Positions 9,324 to 18,855 of a DNA stretch of 44,413 nucleotides are shown here, in pieces. Source of the stretch: a virus. The DNA is taken from the IMG/VR virus record IMGVR_UViG_3300044769_000018. One strand, written 5' to 3'. The notes beneath the pieces were generated by a model. That model saw only the letters and a program-made list of their open reading frames with translations. It was not told the DNA's origin and did no database searches. Positions within the stretch are counted from its first letter, which is position 1, and every line of letters begins with the position of its first letter. A program made the translations under genes and the position numbers.

Positions 9324-9941
9324 TTACTTGGCGAATGCCAACTTCTCGTAACGTTCCTTATCGAGAATACACTGGCACGTCGGACAAACAACCGGGGTAG
9401 GACGCATCAGAACACTTGAACACGCTGGGCATCTATCGTTTCCCATATCAACGGTAGCGTGTACCCATTCACGTTCAAGGTTTAAATGTCGTGCGGCTAG
9501 GCGTTGGACGTCCGCAATAACATTATGCTGATGGAACATCTGCCAATCGGAATCTGCCCGACGTACCAATCTCTGAAACCAACGAATCTGATTCTGAATG
9601 TTCTGAGCGAGCAGAGCGCCATGCGTCTTCTTGATATCATCGCGGCTCTGCTTGTTGTATACCCAGAACAATCCAGGAAATGAGTTCGTTGGTGCGTCAA
9701 TCTCAATTTGTGCAATGATGAAGTCGTTGACAATTGCGTCAGCGAAAACAGATACGGGCTCAGGAATAAGTCTTGAGCCGCGCTCATTGTCTAGGTATAG
9801 CGCGTACGAGTTATCCTTGATGTGCAAGGTAACAAAATCATTCAACGGTGCTGCTGGAATCGTTACGTGTGGTTCCGTCAGACCCGGCTTGAATTCCCGA
9901 ATTTCCCTCGGGACTAGGGACACTAATGTCGCGTCTGCCAT
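9324..9941 (-). CDS. Virion-module protein with C-terminal zinc ribbon (205 aa)
   Basis: Track ORF 9324..10013, trimmed to ATG 9941 (MADATLVSL...), which has AAGGA 8 nt upstream. The C-terminus reads CPAC-x11-CPTC. Confidence 0.55.
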   Translation of the reverse strand: MADATLVSLVPREIREFKPGLTEPHVTIPAAPLNDFVTLHIKDNSYALYLDNERGSRLIPEPVSVFADAIVNDFIIAQIEIDAPTNSFPGLFWVYNKQSRDDIKKTHGALLAQNIQNQIRWFQRLVRRADSDWQMFHQHNVIADVQRLAARHLNLEREWVHATVDMGNDRCPACSSVLMRPTPVVCPTCQCILDKERYEKLAFAK

Positions 9942-10419
9942 TGGTATTTTCCTTGGAATTAACGACGGCTTCTCCGATGTGGAGTTGCGTCGACATGACT
10001 GAGCATTCGTCATTCAAGAATTGGGTGAGATAATCAACTTGACGCTCGTAATGGTCTAATTCTTCCTTCACGAGGTCGCGTTTCTTCTTCTCACCAAACA
10101 GTTGAATATGTACGAATGAGAGAACGGCATCTTCTGTTACTATCATTGGCCTGTTGTCAGGCTTTTTGAACACGAAGATGGGTTCGTACGAGAGTTTGAC
10201 TCCCGGTAACAACTCAGCGTTGGGACCGCTGACTGGCATCAATCTCTCAATCACCCAAAAGGTGCCATTGAGATAATTGTAACGTGGTACTAAAACCACC
10301 TCGCCACTATCAAGGCGGCGATACTCAAGTTCATTTGTTCGTGCGAGTCGAAAGGTTTGCTTCCCGTCTAACTCACCAAACAATAACTTGAGCTTCTTGT
10401 TGATGTACACATCGTTCAT
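9838..10419 (-). CDS. Hypothetical virion-module protein (193 aa); its 3' end overlaps the next gene by ~104 nt
   Basis: Track ORF. ATGA-type coupling to the upstream gene at 10419. The last ~35 aa are low-complexity and lie over the next gene's start. Confidence 0.55.
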   Translation of the reverse strand: MNDVYINKKLKLLFGELDGKQTFRLARTNELEYRRLDSGEVVLVPRYNYLNGTFWVIERLMPVSGPNAELLPGVKLSYEPIFVFKKPDNRPMIVTEDAVLSFVHIQLFGEKKKRDLVKEELDHYERQVDYLTQFLNDECSVMSTQLHIGEAVVNSKENTNGRRDISVPSPEGNSGIQAGSDGTTRNDSSSTVE

Positions 10420-11105
10420 CAGTCCATCCAGTAAGGCTTGGGTCGTTTACCAGCCCTATAATCCGCCTCGGCTTGCGCGTGATATTCTGCATTTTCAGCA
10501 TTAGCTTTATCTAGAAATCTTAAATATGTATCGTTCTCTTGCGTTTTAAATGCTGTAGCCTCACCGGGTCGTTCTCTATAAGGAGTGAAGATGCCACCCA
10601 TGTGGCGTTGTGCATTAGGTAAGGTATTTGGATATTGTTGATTCTGCGTAGCGTGTGCGGTTTCATGCGCTAACGTACCCGCAATCATAGATGGTTCCAA
10701 TTTACTATCATCAACAAAGGTAGTACCACCTACTTGCATTCCACGAGTGACACCGGGTAGACGCTGCGAGCGTACATTGCTTACGAAGTTATTTGCAAAA
10801 GGATATCGTTGAGTGAACTCATTCCACGCAGGCTGTAGTTCTTTATCGACTGTTGGATTGCTTGTGCGCGGTGGTGTATACGTTCCCGTTGGTGGTACTT
10901 GATTCGTACCAAGATAAATGCTAGCCATATTCCGAGGATAAGGTTCGTTCGGTCCCGGCATTGGCGCGGTTACATTTACTTCTTCCTGCGATGTTAACGC
11001 TCTTGGCTGCTCGGGCAAACCAAACAAGCTACGCATATTCCACGGCGTAGCGTATGAGTTCTCGCCAACCTGATATAAATAATCGTAATCGTTATCGCTA
11101 GGCAT
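10419..11105 (-). CDS. HExxH zincin-like protein (DUF4157-like motif) encoded directly after the capsid gene
   Basis: 228 aa. It contains GTLAHETAHATQNQ, i.e. HExxHxxQ, the signature I associate with DUF4157-type metallopeptidase-like domains. No other motif seen. Confidence 0.45.
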   Translation of the reverse strand: MPSDNDYDYLYQVGENSYATPWNMRSLFGLPEQPRALTSQEEVNVTAPMPGPNEPYPRNMASIYLGTNQVPPTGTYTPPRTSNPTVDKELQPAWNEFTQRYPFANNFVSNVRSQRLPGVTRGMQVGGTTFVDDSKLEPSMIAGTLAHETAHATQNQQYPNTLPNAQRHMGGIFTPYRERPGEATAFKTQENDTYLRFLDKANAENAEYHAQAEADYRAGKRPKPYWMD

Positions 11106-11119
11106 GGCGGTAATCTTTA

Positions 11120-11153
11120 TGAAAATGAGGGAGGAGTTGTTAGCCCCTCCCCC
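11120..11153 (-). terminator. Intrinsic terminator/attenuator after the major capsid gene
   Basis: On the minus strand, GGGAGG (rc of 11146-11151) pairs with CCTCCC (rc of 11129-11134) around an 11-nt loop, followed by TCATTTTC. Placement parallels the terminator after T7 gene 10. Confidence 0.5.
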
Positions 11154-11161
11154 ATAACTAA

Positions 11162-12439
11162 CTAAGCGTAGCCAGCAGGAATCGCGAGGTTATCGATGTA
11201 CGCGTTCTCCTGTGGGTTGCTTGTGAACAGGTTCCACGAAGCTACAAGATACAGCAAAGTGGAAGCTGCCACACCGCCATCTAAACCACGAACCTCGAAA
11301 ATCTTTCGACCGTCGGAGGTGTAGAAACCAGGCTTCTTGAGTTCTGCACGTCCCCAAGAATCCATGTTCAGGAAATCAATTCGGCGCTTATCCCACTTGA
11401 ACGACTGCTGGATAGGCACACCAGCCATCGTCATGTTTCCACCGAAGTACAAATCCATTCCCTGAGAACCGCCTGAATCCTTATCAATCGTGGTAACGAG
11501 CATACCGAGCGATTCATAAGCCGCAGCCTGAGCCGGATGCATCCAAGCCTTGATGTTCGGCTTCTTCATCGAACCGCTCCTGTCCCCCAATAAATTGAGA
11601 GCCAGTCGCGGGAAGGGTAAAGATAAGCCAGAACCACCGGCATCAACTCTTGAGGCGCGAATAGCAGGCGTTGTCGAGCGCGTGAAACCAAGCCACGTAC
11701 CTGCGGTTGAGTTTGAAACGTGGTATGGCACGCCCAGAAGCGAAATAGGAGTCGCACCCGAAACGCCCTCAATCACAATCTTATCGCCAACAGCCACACC
11801 ACCCGGAATCGTAGCGACTCGAATGGTCTTCGTTGGGACATCACGGAAAACAATCTCCGGCTCATCACCCGGAACCGTCTTCTGTGCTAATGCTGACGAA
11901 TACAGGTTAATCTTCTGACCTTCCATCAAAAGCTTAACACCGAAGTCAACATCGAGAACAATCGTATCGAAGCCGCCTGCGTTTGACGTAGCAGTAACGG
12001 TTCCGAGAACGCCGTTTCCACCCGTCATGCACATAGAATCCATGTGCGCACGGAAGTGAGGCATTGCAGATGCCATGTTCTTGTTGAACACGCTGATGAT
12101 AGCCTTTGCATCACCCTGCGTTGCCCATTCCGCCTTCTTCGTCCATTCCAGTGCATAACGGAAATCGACGATTGGAATGACGGCATTCTCGTAGTGTGGC
12201 CCAGAGCCACGTCCAAGATTGCCACCGTCAGGATTGTACTGTCCAAAGTATCCACCCGGTGCAAACTGGAGTGGAATCTTCATATCCCGAGTGTTAACGG
12301 GAACTGCATCGGTGCTCTTTTCGACCTGAGAATAGAAGGTGTCCTCAATCTCGTAGAGGACCTCAATCTTCTTCTCAATCTTTTCGAGCTGAATTGCAAG
12401 TGTATCAGCTACGTTCTGCGGATTCAGGGGTGTCGCCAC
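11162..12439 (-). CDS. Major capsid protein (by synteny)
   Basis: 425-aa ORF immediately after the acidic scaffold gene and followed by a terminator. No sequence motif verified. Confidence 0.6.
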   Translation of the reverse strand: MATPLNPQNVADTLAIQLEKIEKKIEVLYEIEDTFYSQVEKSTDAVPVNTRDMKIPLQFAPGGYFGQYNPDGGNLGRGSGPHYENAVIPIVDFRYALEWTKKAEWATQGDAKAIISVFNKNMASAMPHFRAHMDSMCMTGGNGVLGTVTATSNAGGFDTIVLDVDFGVKLLMEGQKINLYSSALAQKTVPGDEPEIVFRDVPTKTIRVATIPGGVAVGDKIVIEGVSGATPISLLGVPYHVSNSTAGTWLGFTRSTTPAIRASRVDAGGSGLSLPFPRLALNLLGDRSGSMKKPNIKAWMHPAQAAAYESLGMLVTTIDKDSGGSQGMDLYFGGNMTMAGVPIQQSFKWDKRRIDFLNMDSWGRAELKKPGFYTSDGRKIFEVRGLDGGVAASTLLYLVASWNLFTSNPQENAYIDNLAIPAGYA

Positions 12440-12465
12440 GCGTTTTCTCCCGGTCTAATAAATCA

Positions 12466-13704
12466 TTAACCGTTGAGAAAGTCAATCTCCTTCATCTTTC
12501 CGGTCTTAACCGCAGTGACTGCGTCCTTGTTCACATTGTTTGCGCGTGCTGAAACCTTTGAATCAGTTCCAGTCGCACGCTTGTGTACCGAAGGACGAGC
12601 CTTGAGATTAGTTCCTTTAAGAGCTTGGGAGCGAACTTTCTTAATAATGGTTGGGAGTGCTAACTTTGCGCGTGACAGATACGCGGATGCTACCCTGTCC
12701 TTCCACTCCGTCGAATATCTATTTGAAGCTGCCTGCTTTAACAAACGTTCCATATTGGAACGATGAGCGGGGTCATCTCGAAGGACGCTTGCGAGTTCGT
12801 CCATAACATCACGCGTAATCGAGCGACCTAAGAACGGACTGACTTCATCCGGTAAGTTCTTCTGAACGATGTTCGTAATTGTCTTGCTTGAGTTCGTTAA
12901 GATGGAATCAACAAAATTCTGATGCTGCCCCCTCAGAATTTCCTGATTCTCTGCTCTGAGTCGTTCCTTCTCAGGGTCCTGTTCATTCGTTGGCTGCTGA
13001 ATCCGCGGAGTAGGCGCATCAATCTTATCATCACCGAACATCCATTCGTGAACATTCAGTGCAGAGTTCATGAGATTGTTGTTCCCATTCCGCTTGCCAT
13101 CATTAAACGCACTCTTAATCATGTGCTTGATGACAGGCTCAGTTACCGCTTGGAATGCCGGGCGATTCTTTGATAACAAAGCGGGCAAGAAGTTTTGTAT
13201 GAAACTCCGCTGCTTGTTAACATCGTACTCGCCCAGCAATTCAATAAAATCTCCGGGGTCTGCTTGTGAAATACGCTGTTCCCCAGCTTTGAGTTTATTC
13301 AGCTGCTCGTACGATTCCCTAGCGTCTTCGACAGTGGGAAAGAGTTTGCTATAGTCTCGCTCACGAAAGAAGGTTGACCTGAGTCCTGGGAAGTCTTTGA
13401 AGAGTTTAGGATACTTGGCGACGAGCTGTCTGTACGTAGGTTTACCGTAGCCAGTGCCAATCTTCTCATCCGATTCTTCGTCTTCCTCGTCGTCCTCTGA
13501 TTCCTTCTCCTCGTCATCCTCATCTTCCTCGTCAGGCTTAGATTCTTCCTCGTCATCTAAGATGATATCGTCATCATCTTCTGAATCTTCAGTTTCCTTA
13601 GAATCAACTTCCTCAACAACTTCAGCCTTTGCAGGCTCGTCGTCGTCGCCACGAAGAATTGCTAAGTCATTCGAACGTGTATCTTCAATCGGTGGCTGTG
13701 CCAT
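12466..13704 (-). CDS. Scaffolding protein with hyper-acidic N-terminal region
   Basis: 412 aa. Residues ~20-85 are mostly D/E (EDSEDDDDIILDDEEESKPDEEDEDDEEKESEDDEEDEESDEK) and the rest is charged and helical. It lies between the portal and capsid genes. Confidence 0.55.
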   Translation of the reverse strand: MAQPPIEDTRSNDLAILRGDDDEPAKAEVVEEVDSKETEDSEDDDDIILDDEEESKPDEEDEDDEEKESEDDEEDEESDEKIGTGYGKPTYRQLVAKYPKLFKDFPGLRSTFFRERDYSKLFPTVEDARESYEQLNKLKAGEQRISQADPGDFIELLGEYDVNKQRSFIQNFLPALLSKNRPAFQAVTEPVIKHMIKSAFNDGKRNGNNNLMNSALNVHEWMFGDDKIDAPTPRIQQPTNEQDPEKERLRAENQEILRGQHQNFVDSILTNSSKTITNIVQKNLPDEVSPFLGRSITRDVMDELASVLRDDPAHRSNMERLLKQAASNRYSTEWKDRVASAYLSRAKLALPTIIKKVRSQALKGTNLKARPSVHKRATGTDSKVSARANNVNKDAVTAVKTGKMKEIDFLNG

Positions 13705-13707
13705 TTG

Positions 13708-15909
13708 TTACGGCTCCATCGGAGCTGGGCTATTCACATTAGGTGGCGGTGTTGGTGAACCTGAACTTGGTTGACCAGACTGTGCATTACCTAATGCTGG
13801 AGTACGCGCTCCGGAGTTCATAGCTTGCACATGTTCATTATGATGTGCAAGAATTAACGAATAGACCTTAGGACTATTGAGTTTAAGGTCTTGTCCTTCT
13901 CTTCCCTGTAGGAAGGCCTTGCAAATCTGAGCTTCGACCGCATGGTCGTCAACAATTGGGTCAACCTTTACGGGGCTAACAACTTCACCCGTTGCACTAA
14001 TCGGACCCATATCATCACTATCTTGTCCCAACGAAATAATCTGAAGAATTTCCCTAAACTGTTTGGTTCGGCTCTCGTCGCCTGGAATTTTCAAATCTGG
14101 CAGACCACTCAACCTCACAAGCATATGCGTATTTTCAGGACTAAAGAGAACAGCATTGATTTCATCGGAGCCCATCTTCAACAGCTCCATAATAATATCA
14201 CGCTGCTGTCCCCATGACATTGGAAGCTGATTGCCTGCACTTGGCTCAACGTGTCCAATGCGCCCACTCTGCGCGTCCGCTTGAATGGTTAAGTTTAAGA
14301 ACTCACCCGGCCCAATCTGTGCGGTGTATCGCTCATCTTCTAACAGGCTATCAACATAGATGGGCACGCATTTCTGCATGACCTTTGCCCACCATCGTGT
14401 TGCAGCTTTGTGAATGAGTGATAATCTTTGTAACGCCTGTTGCCTTGAGGCCGAGTATTCAGCGTATGTTTTCGAACCACCCTGAATCGTTCCACCGTAA
14501 ATTGAAGGGAATGCACCGACTAAGAGCTGCGCATACTGCTGAACCTTACTATCGAACTTATCAATTTCCTGTGATAACGTGGCGGTTCGAGTAGTAAAGA
14601 ACCCCTCACCCATCGCACGGCCAGCTAATGCTTTGGCCTGCGTCACCATTCCTGGCTTTCGCCTGGTTTTTGAATACTGGTCGAAATCTAATACTTGAGG
14701 GTCAGCAAACGTCTCAGGTATCGCCTGCCCCATCGTATCGACTGTTAAGTTCACAATATCATTCTGCACTTCCTGTGGGTCAAACAATGGCTGACCAATA
14801 GGATTCATGTGCAGATGCGAACTAACCGGGGATTCCCAAATTGTCCAGACGTCATCTAACTTTTCATTCCGGACTTCGATGACTTCTTCACCGATGATTT
14901 CGGCGTATAGTCCATCGGGGAATTTCTTTTCAAGCTCCTTGCCGAGTTCGACCGAATCGTAATAATAAGCACATGGTCGAAGCCATACGCACTGAGTAGT
15001 GACGCGATTGGCGTCGTCATTCTCATAGCCTTGTGGGTCACGGGAATAACGTTCGTAGCTTGAGATATCGGAATGGCCTGCAATGTTTCGGCCAGTTCTT
15101 GCCCTTGCTTCCGTGACATGCTCATCGAACTCTAAAATCAAATAAGGCGTATCACCCTGCGTACGCGCGTATGGTGAAACCTTCACATGGTCCACACCAT
15201 AAATCTTGATTTTGATTCTCGACTTTGCAACATCTTCCATCCCAACGAAGGCGGAGACTTTCTCTTCAGTCTCTACTTTCTTAACGTCTTCTGAACTACA
15301 CTCGGGACAAACGATGACTGCATCATCAAGTTTAGCATCGCATCGACCACATACCCACTTGATGTGTGTCTCAGTTTTATCTTTGTACTGAGGCGTTGCA
15401 ACGGTACCGTATTCCTTATCAGCATCTAGATAATGATACGCAGCAACGAGCGGTGAAACCCATGCAAGATAAACTGCGTAGGAGTAGAGCAACTCGACAT
15501 CGTTATGCCGCTGAATAAGGAGAGACGCTGCAGAGTAATTCTTTGCAGTGTCGATGTCGTTCGCATTCTTTGTATCATCGGGCAGAAAGTTTACCGCTGG
15601 GACATCGATGGTGAGGGCTGCAATAACCGCTTCACCATGCGCTCGATAAACATTAAAAACGCGATTCGGCTCGTCTTCGTCGGGTTGGTAATCTGGGGAT
15701 TCGTGGAACGCACGATAGTCGCGAGCCTGGTAGTCATAATAAAGCCTCTGATGACCACGAAAGAAATACTCACCCTTCTTCTTTAACAAAAGATGGTCGT
15801 CTCGGATGAGTTCATGCTCACGCTCGAATCCTCGGGCGATGTTCAGGATACTCGTTCCGAGTTCCTTTTCAACTTCATCCTTCACATCGTCCCGAGAATC
15901 TGAGGCCAT
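13708..15909 (-). CDS. Portal protein (by size and synteny), carrying a CxxC-x10-CxxC zinc-ribbon insertion
   Basis: 733 aa, between the terminase and scaffold genes. Residues 187-204 read CGRCDAKLDDAVIVCPEC. Confidence 0.65.
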   Translation of the reverse strand: MASDSRDDVKDEVEKELGTSILNIARGFEREHELIRDDHLLLKKKGEYFFRGHQRLYYDYQARDYRAFHESPDYQPDEDEPNRVFNVYRAHGEAVIAALTIDVPAVNFLPDDTKNANDIDTAKNYSAASLLIQRHNDVELLYSYAVYLAWVSPLVAAYHYLDADKEYGTVATPQYKDKTETHIKWVCGRCDAKLDDAVIVCPECSSEDVKKVETEEKVSAFVGMEDVAKSRIKIKIYGVDHVKVSPYARTQGDTPYLILEFDEHVTEARARTGRNIAGHSDISSYERYSRDPQGYENDDANRVTTQCVWLRPCAYYYDSVELGKELEKKFPDGLYAEIIGEEVIEVRNEKLDDVWTIWESPVSSHLHMNPIGQPLFDPQEVQNDIVNLTVDTMGQAIPETFADPQVLDFDQYSKTRRKPGMVTQAKALAGRAMGEGFFTTRTATLSQEIDKFDSKVQQYAQLLVGAFPSIYGGTIQGGSKTYAEYSASRQQALQRLSLIHKAATRWWAKVMQKCVPIYVDSLLEDERYTAQIGPGEFLNLTIQADAQSGRIGHVEPSAGNQLPMSWGQQRDIIMELLKMGSDEINAVLFSPENTHMLVRLSGLPDLKIPGDESRTKQFREILQIISLGQDSDDMGPISATGEVVSPVKVDPIVDDHAVEAQICKAFLQGREGQDLKLNSPKVYSLILAHHNEHVQAMNSGARTPALGNAQSGQPSSGSPTPPPNVNSPAPMEP

Positions 15910-15912
15910 GAT

Positions 15913-16386
15913 TTACTTATCCTTCTTTTCGTCCTTAACAACGACAACCGGAGCAACTGGCTTAGCTACCTTCTTCGTAACTTCACCTTCAGGAACTTCA
16001 GACTGAATTGGAGGAACGACGTTTCCAGATTCATCAACCTTTGGCTGTCCGGTTGAAGTACGCGTTACCTGCAATTCGTTTGCAGCAGATTCAGCTGCGA
16101 GCCTATCGAGTTCCGCTGCAATCTCTTCCTCGCTTGCCTGCTGCTCTGCTGATAACTTGGCAACGTCATGAAGCGTTGCACCGAAGTTATATCCAGGAAA
16201 CTTGGTATCCTGCAGCTTCTCACCAAATTCCTTCATAACCTCTGGAGCAATCTGTTCAAAGAACTTGACCTGCATGTCCTTGAAGATTGACGGTTCAGCC
16301 TTTGCAACTCGTAAAGCCACGCCAGCGCGAACTGCAACCTCTTGCCTACGATTTTCCATTCCGCAGATGTCATTCACATCGTACAT
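15913..16386 (-). CDS. Hypothetical head-module protein (157 aa)
   Basis: Track ORF 15913..16446, trimmed to ATG 16386 (MYDVNDI...). SD AAAGGAG lies 6 nt upstream. The C-terminus is lysine-rich. Confidence 0.6.
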   Translation of the reverse strand: MYDVNDICGMENRRQEVAVRAGVALRVAKAEPSIFKDMQVKFFEQIAPEVMKEFGEKLQDTKFPGYNFGATLHDVAKLSAEQQASEEEIAAELDRLAAESAANELQVTRTSTGQPKVDESGNVVPPIQSEVPEGEVTKKVAKPVAPVVVVKDEKKDK

Positions 16387-16387
16387 G

Positions 16388-16585
16388 TCAAGCTCCTTTG
16401 GTAAACACGCCGGGCTTACGTAATGATTTCTTGGACGTTCGCCCAAGGATTGATTCGACAGGCATCTTCAGCTTTCCCATTTCTCTCGATGCTGCCGCTG
16501 TCATTTTACCCTTGGCATCCTTCGTACCCTTTTTCAGGCGCTTTGAAGGCTTGCCATTAGGACGATTGTCCACTTGCTGTTTCAT
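16388..16585 (-). CDS. Small highly basic protein (65 aa)
   Basis: Internal ATG of track ORF 16388..16612: MKQQVDNRPNGKPSKRLKKGTKDAKGK... It fills the otherwise non-coding gap between two genes. Its stop TGA lies inside the SD/spacer of the next gene. Confidence 0.45.
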   Translation of the reverse strand: MKQQVDNRPNGKPSKRLKKGTKDAKGKMTAAASREMGKLKMPVESILGRTSKKSLRKPGVFTKGA

Positions 16586-16943
16586 TACGTGCGTCCTTTG
16601 CACGAGCATCATCGAGTTTCATTAACTCGGCCGCTCTTGCTTCCTGACGTTCGATGTGTTCCTGCCATCGAAGTTTACTTAAGTCAGAAAGCCGTTTACG
16701 CTCCGCTTGCTCTTTAGTTACTTGTGCATCCAACGTATGCGGGCCACGTTGGATTTCTTCAATCTGTGGCGTATCAGGGAACATTATACGTTGGGATAGT
16801 TCATCGCACCGCTCACGTTCCCTAGCAAGTTGTGACTCAAGAAAGCTCACCTGACGAGTTAAGTATTCCTCTAGCTCAGTGAACTTAGGTGGAACAAAAA
16901 TCACCTTGAGGAATCTTAACAGCGCCCACCAAATTTGAATCAT
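16557..16943 (-). CDS. Hypothetical protein with N-terminal hydrophobic segment and coiled coil (128 aa)
   Basis: Track ORF, start-coupled (ATGA) to the terL stop. The N-terminus reads MIQIWWALLRFLKVIFV, followed by an E/R-rich helix. Confidence 0.55.
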   Translation of the reverse strand: MIQIWWALLRFLKVIFVPPKFTELEEYLTRQVSFLESQLARERERCDELSQRIMFPDTPQIEEIQRGPHTLDAQVTKEQAERKRLSDLSKLRWQEHIERQEARAAELMKLDDARAKDARNETASGQSS

Positions 16944-18538
16944 CGTTTTCTCGGCCGAACGCTAAAAGGAACGACTTTGCTCTCGGCATCGCGTGCGTGG
17001 ATATAAAACTGAGTCATATCACCACGCTTCTGTCCTTCGCCGTAGAACTTTTCCATCCGTGCCATGTGGTCAAAACGTCTCGCTGCTCTGTTGCTCGAAT
17101 CCCTGTACCGTGAGCACGCCTGCAAAAGGTATCTCACGCCATCGTATGGGTCGTCGCCCTCGAATTCTTTAACGTCCTCAGGATTCGCAGGGTCGTACAC
17201 GCAATTCGGAATAGCATCGATGACCGCTTGGCAATTCTCAAATATCTGAAGTCGGGGAAGATTTGTCTCTTCAGGCTCTTCCTCAAAGAACTTCACATAT
17301 TCATTATACTTGTCCTGCCCATAGTTTCTAAGTAGCTTTGATGCGAGCTCTGAGTTAAAAGCTCCAGCAATGTCTCTAGACTTTGGTTTGGGTGTCCACC
17401 TAAGATAATCGTGTAGTAGAAGCTTGCCCCCAATTCGGTCGTTAATTGCACGTTCAGGTACGTAGCCTGAATACTGCGTGAATTGCTGGTCGATAGTTTC
17501 AACGCCACGATTCTGCCATGCAGAGGGGTCGAGTGCAACTGTCTCAAGGTTATCATTTGCTGATAATCTCTTAAACTCAGAAGCCCACTCCGCAATCATC
17601 TTCCGCTTTTGAAAATATTCACGATAGAGATAAACTCGTCCATCGGGAGCAATTGCTGCCCAACCAATCCATACATGCGCTGCAAAGCCCCAATCGATAG
17701 CCGCGACACGAGGCCACCAGAATGGGATGGCAAAAGGTTCGATAACGTGACGAGCGTTAATAGGTTCGTCGGGCAAAGGCTCCAATCGGAAATTGAATAC
17801 CTGTCCTTCGAACGTGTACCAATCTCCATACTTCTTCGCCCGCTTCTCTGCTTCAGTTGGTAGCATCTCCAACTTAGCAACATACGTTGGGTCGTTTTCG
17901 AGAAGATGCTTATTATCTTCGACCCGCGCTGGTAGGTAAAACCGCTTGAGCCCGGTCTTCCTATCAACGATAATCTTTAAGCCTTCTCGTGCAGGGTCAA
18001 CAAATCTATTTCTGACCCATGTATGTCCAATATTACCGGGGTTCGAACCGGCCCTTGTAATCGCTGGTAGTTCTTTCGTTGACGACCGAACTCGGCTAGC
18101 TACCAAATACAAGTATTGATATTGGGTGAAGTGAGTTAGCTCATCCCAACCAACGTAGTTGTATTCGACTCCATCGTACTTGGTGATGTCCTTTTCATGT
18201 TCGGCGTGTCCAAAAGCCTGGTATCCACCGGCTGGAAAGGTCCATCGTTTCTTTTGTTCATTGTATTTCGCACCCGTTGATTCATACCAAGGGCGTGAAC
18301 GGATGATGATTTCAGCTTCTAACTCAGGGAATGTCCTTCTGAGAATGAGGCCTTTGTATCGAGGGTGCAGATGCCACTGACGAATCAACGGCAACATGTA
18401 GAGGATTTCAGTCTTACCCGGACCTGCGGCACCGCCGTACAATACTTCGAAGATATCATCTGGCAACGTTGTGAATGTCTCCTGTTTACGTGTAGGAGTC
18501 CATTCAACAACTTGCGGCTTTGTTAGCGTATCTTCCAT
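16940..18538 (-). CDS. terL: Terminase large subunit
   Basis: 532 aa. Walker A is GGAAGPGKTE, Walker B-like is YVGWDELTH, and the C-terminal nuclease-like region reads VAAIDWGFA. It lies upstream of the portal gene. Confidence 0.85.
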   Translation of the reverse strand: MEDTLTKPQVVEWTPTRKQETFTTLPDDIFEVLYGGAAGPGKTEILYMLPLIRQWHLHPRYKGLILRRTFPELEAEIIIRSRPWYESTGAKYNEQKKRWTFPAGGYQAFGHAEHEKDITKYDGVEYNYVGWDELTHFTQYQYLYLVASRVRSSTKELPAITRAGSNPGNIGHTWVRNRFVDPAREGLKIIVDRKTGLKRFYLPARVEDNKHLLENDPTYVAKLEMLPTEAEKRAKKYGDWYTFEGQVFNFRLEPLPDEPINARHVIEPFAIPFWWPRVAAIDWGFAAHVWIGWAAIAPDGRVYLYREYFQKRKMIAEWASEFKRLSANDNLETVALDPSAWQNRGVETIDQQFTQYSGYVPERAINDRIGGKLLLHDYLRWTPKPKSRDIAGAFNSELASKLLRNYGQDKYNEYVKFFEEEPEETNLPRLQIFENCQAVIDAIPNCVYDPANPEDVKEFEGDDPYDGVRYLLQACSRYRDSSNRAARRFDHMARMEKFYGEGQKRGDMTQFYIHARDAESKVVPFSVRPRKR

Positions 18539-18855
18539 ATGAATTGGGCAGTTAGTCTAAGGGGCATGTTCTTACCACGCTAGGGGAGCAAACTCTAGGG
18601 TGGTTCTACATTTTCCTCACTAAAACTGCCCAAACTTTAGATGTGAAAATGGGGCAAGCACAAGGGAGATTCTTTCGATTGGCGCCCGTTCCTAAGTCCA
18701 ACGTTTCCATTGTCTAGTTTACGGAATCGATTGAATAATAAGTGCCCACCCCAAAAGGGCTAACGAACGCTACATCATATGGGGTGCTCTTTGCGAGGAT
18801 ATCGCGGAAGCATTTTATGATGCCCTGCCTTAAGCGTTCGCTAGCTTTGTTAATC

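Noticed and set aside
9838-10013. Programmed ribosomal frameshift joining the 193-aa and 229-aa overlapping ORFs
   Set aside because: I saw no slippery heptamer. A good SD (AAGGA, 8-nt spacer) precedes the internal ATG at 9941, so an independent downstream start with a ~104-nt overlap explains the layout. This remains unverified.
13454-13774. Ser-rich plus-strand ORF (and the Leu/Pro/His/Arg-rich 31502..31837 minus ORF)
   Set aside because: Both are the antisense reading of GAn-rich Asp/Glu tracts in the scaffold and poly-acidic genes. They are low-complexity artefacts.
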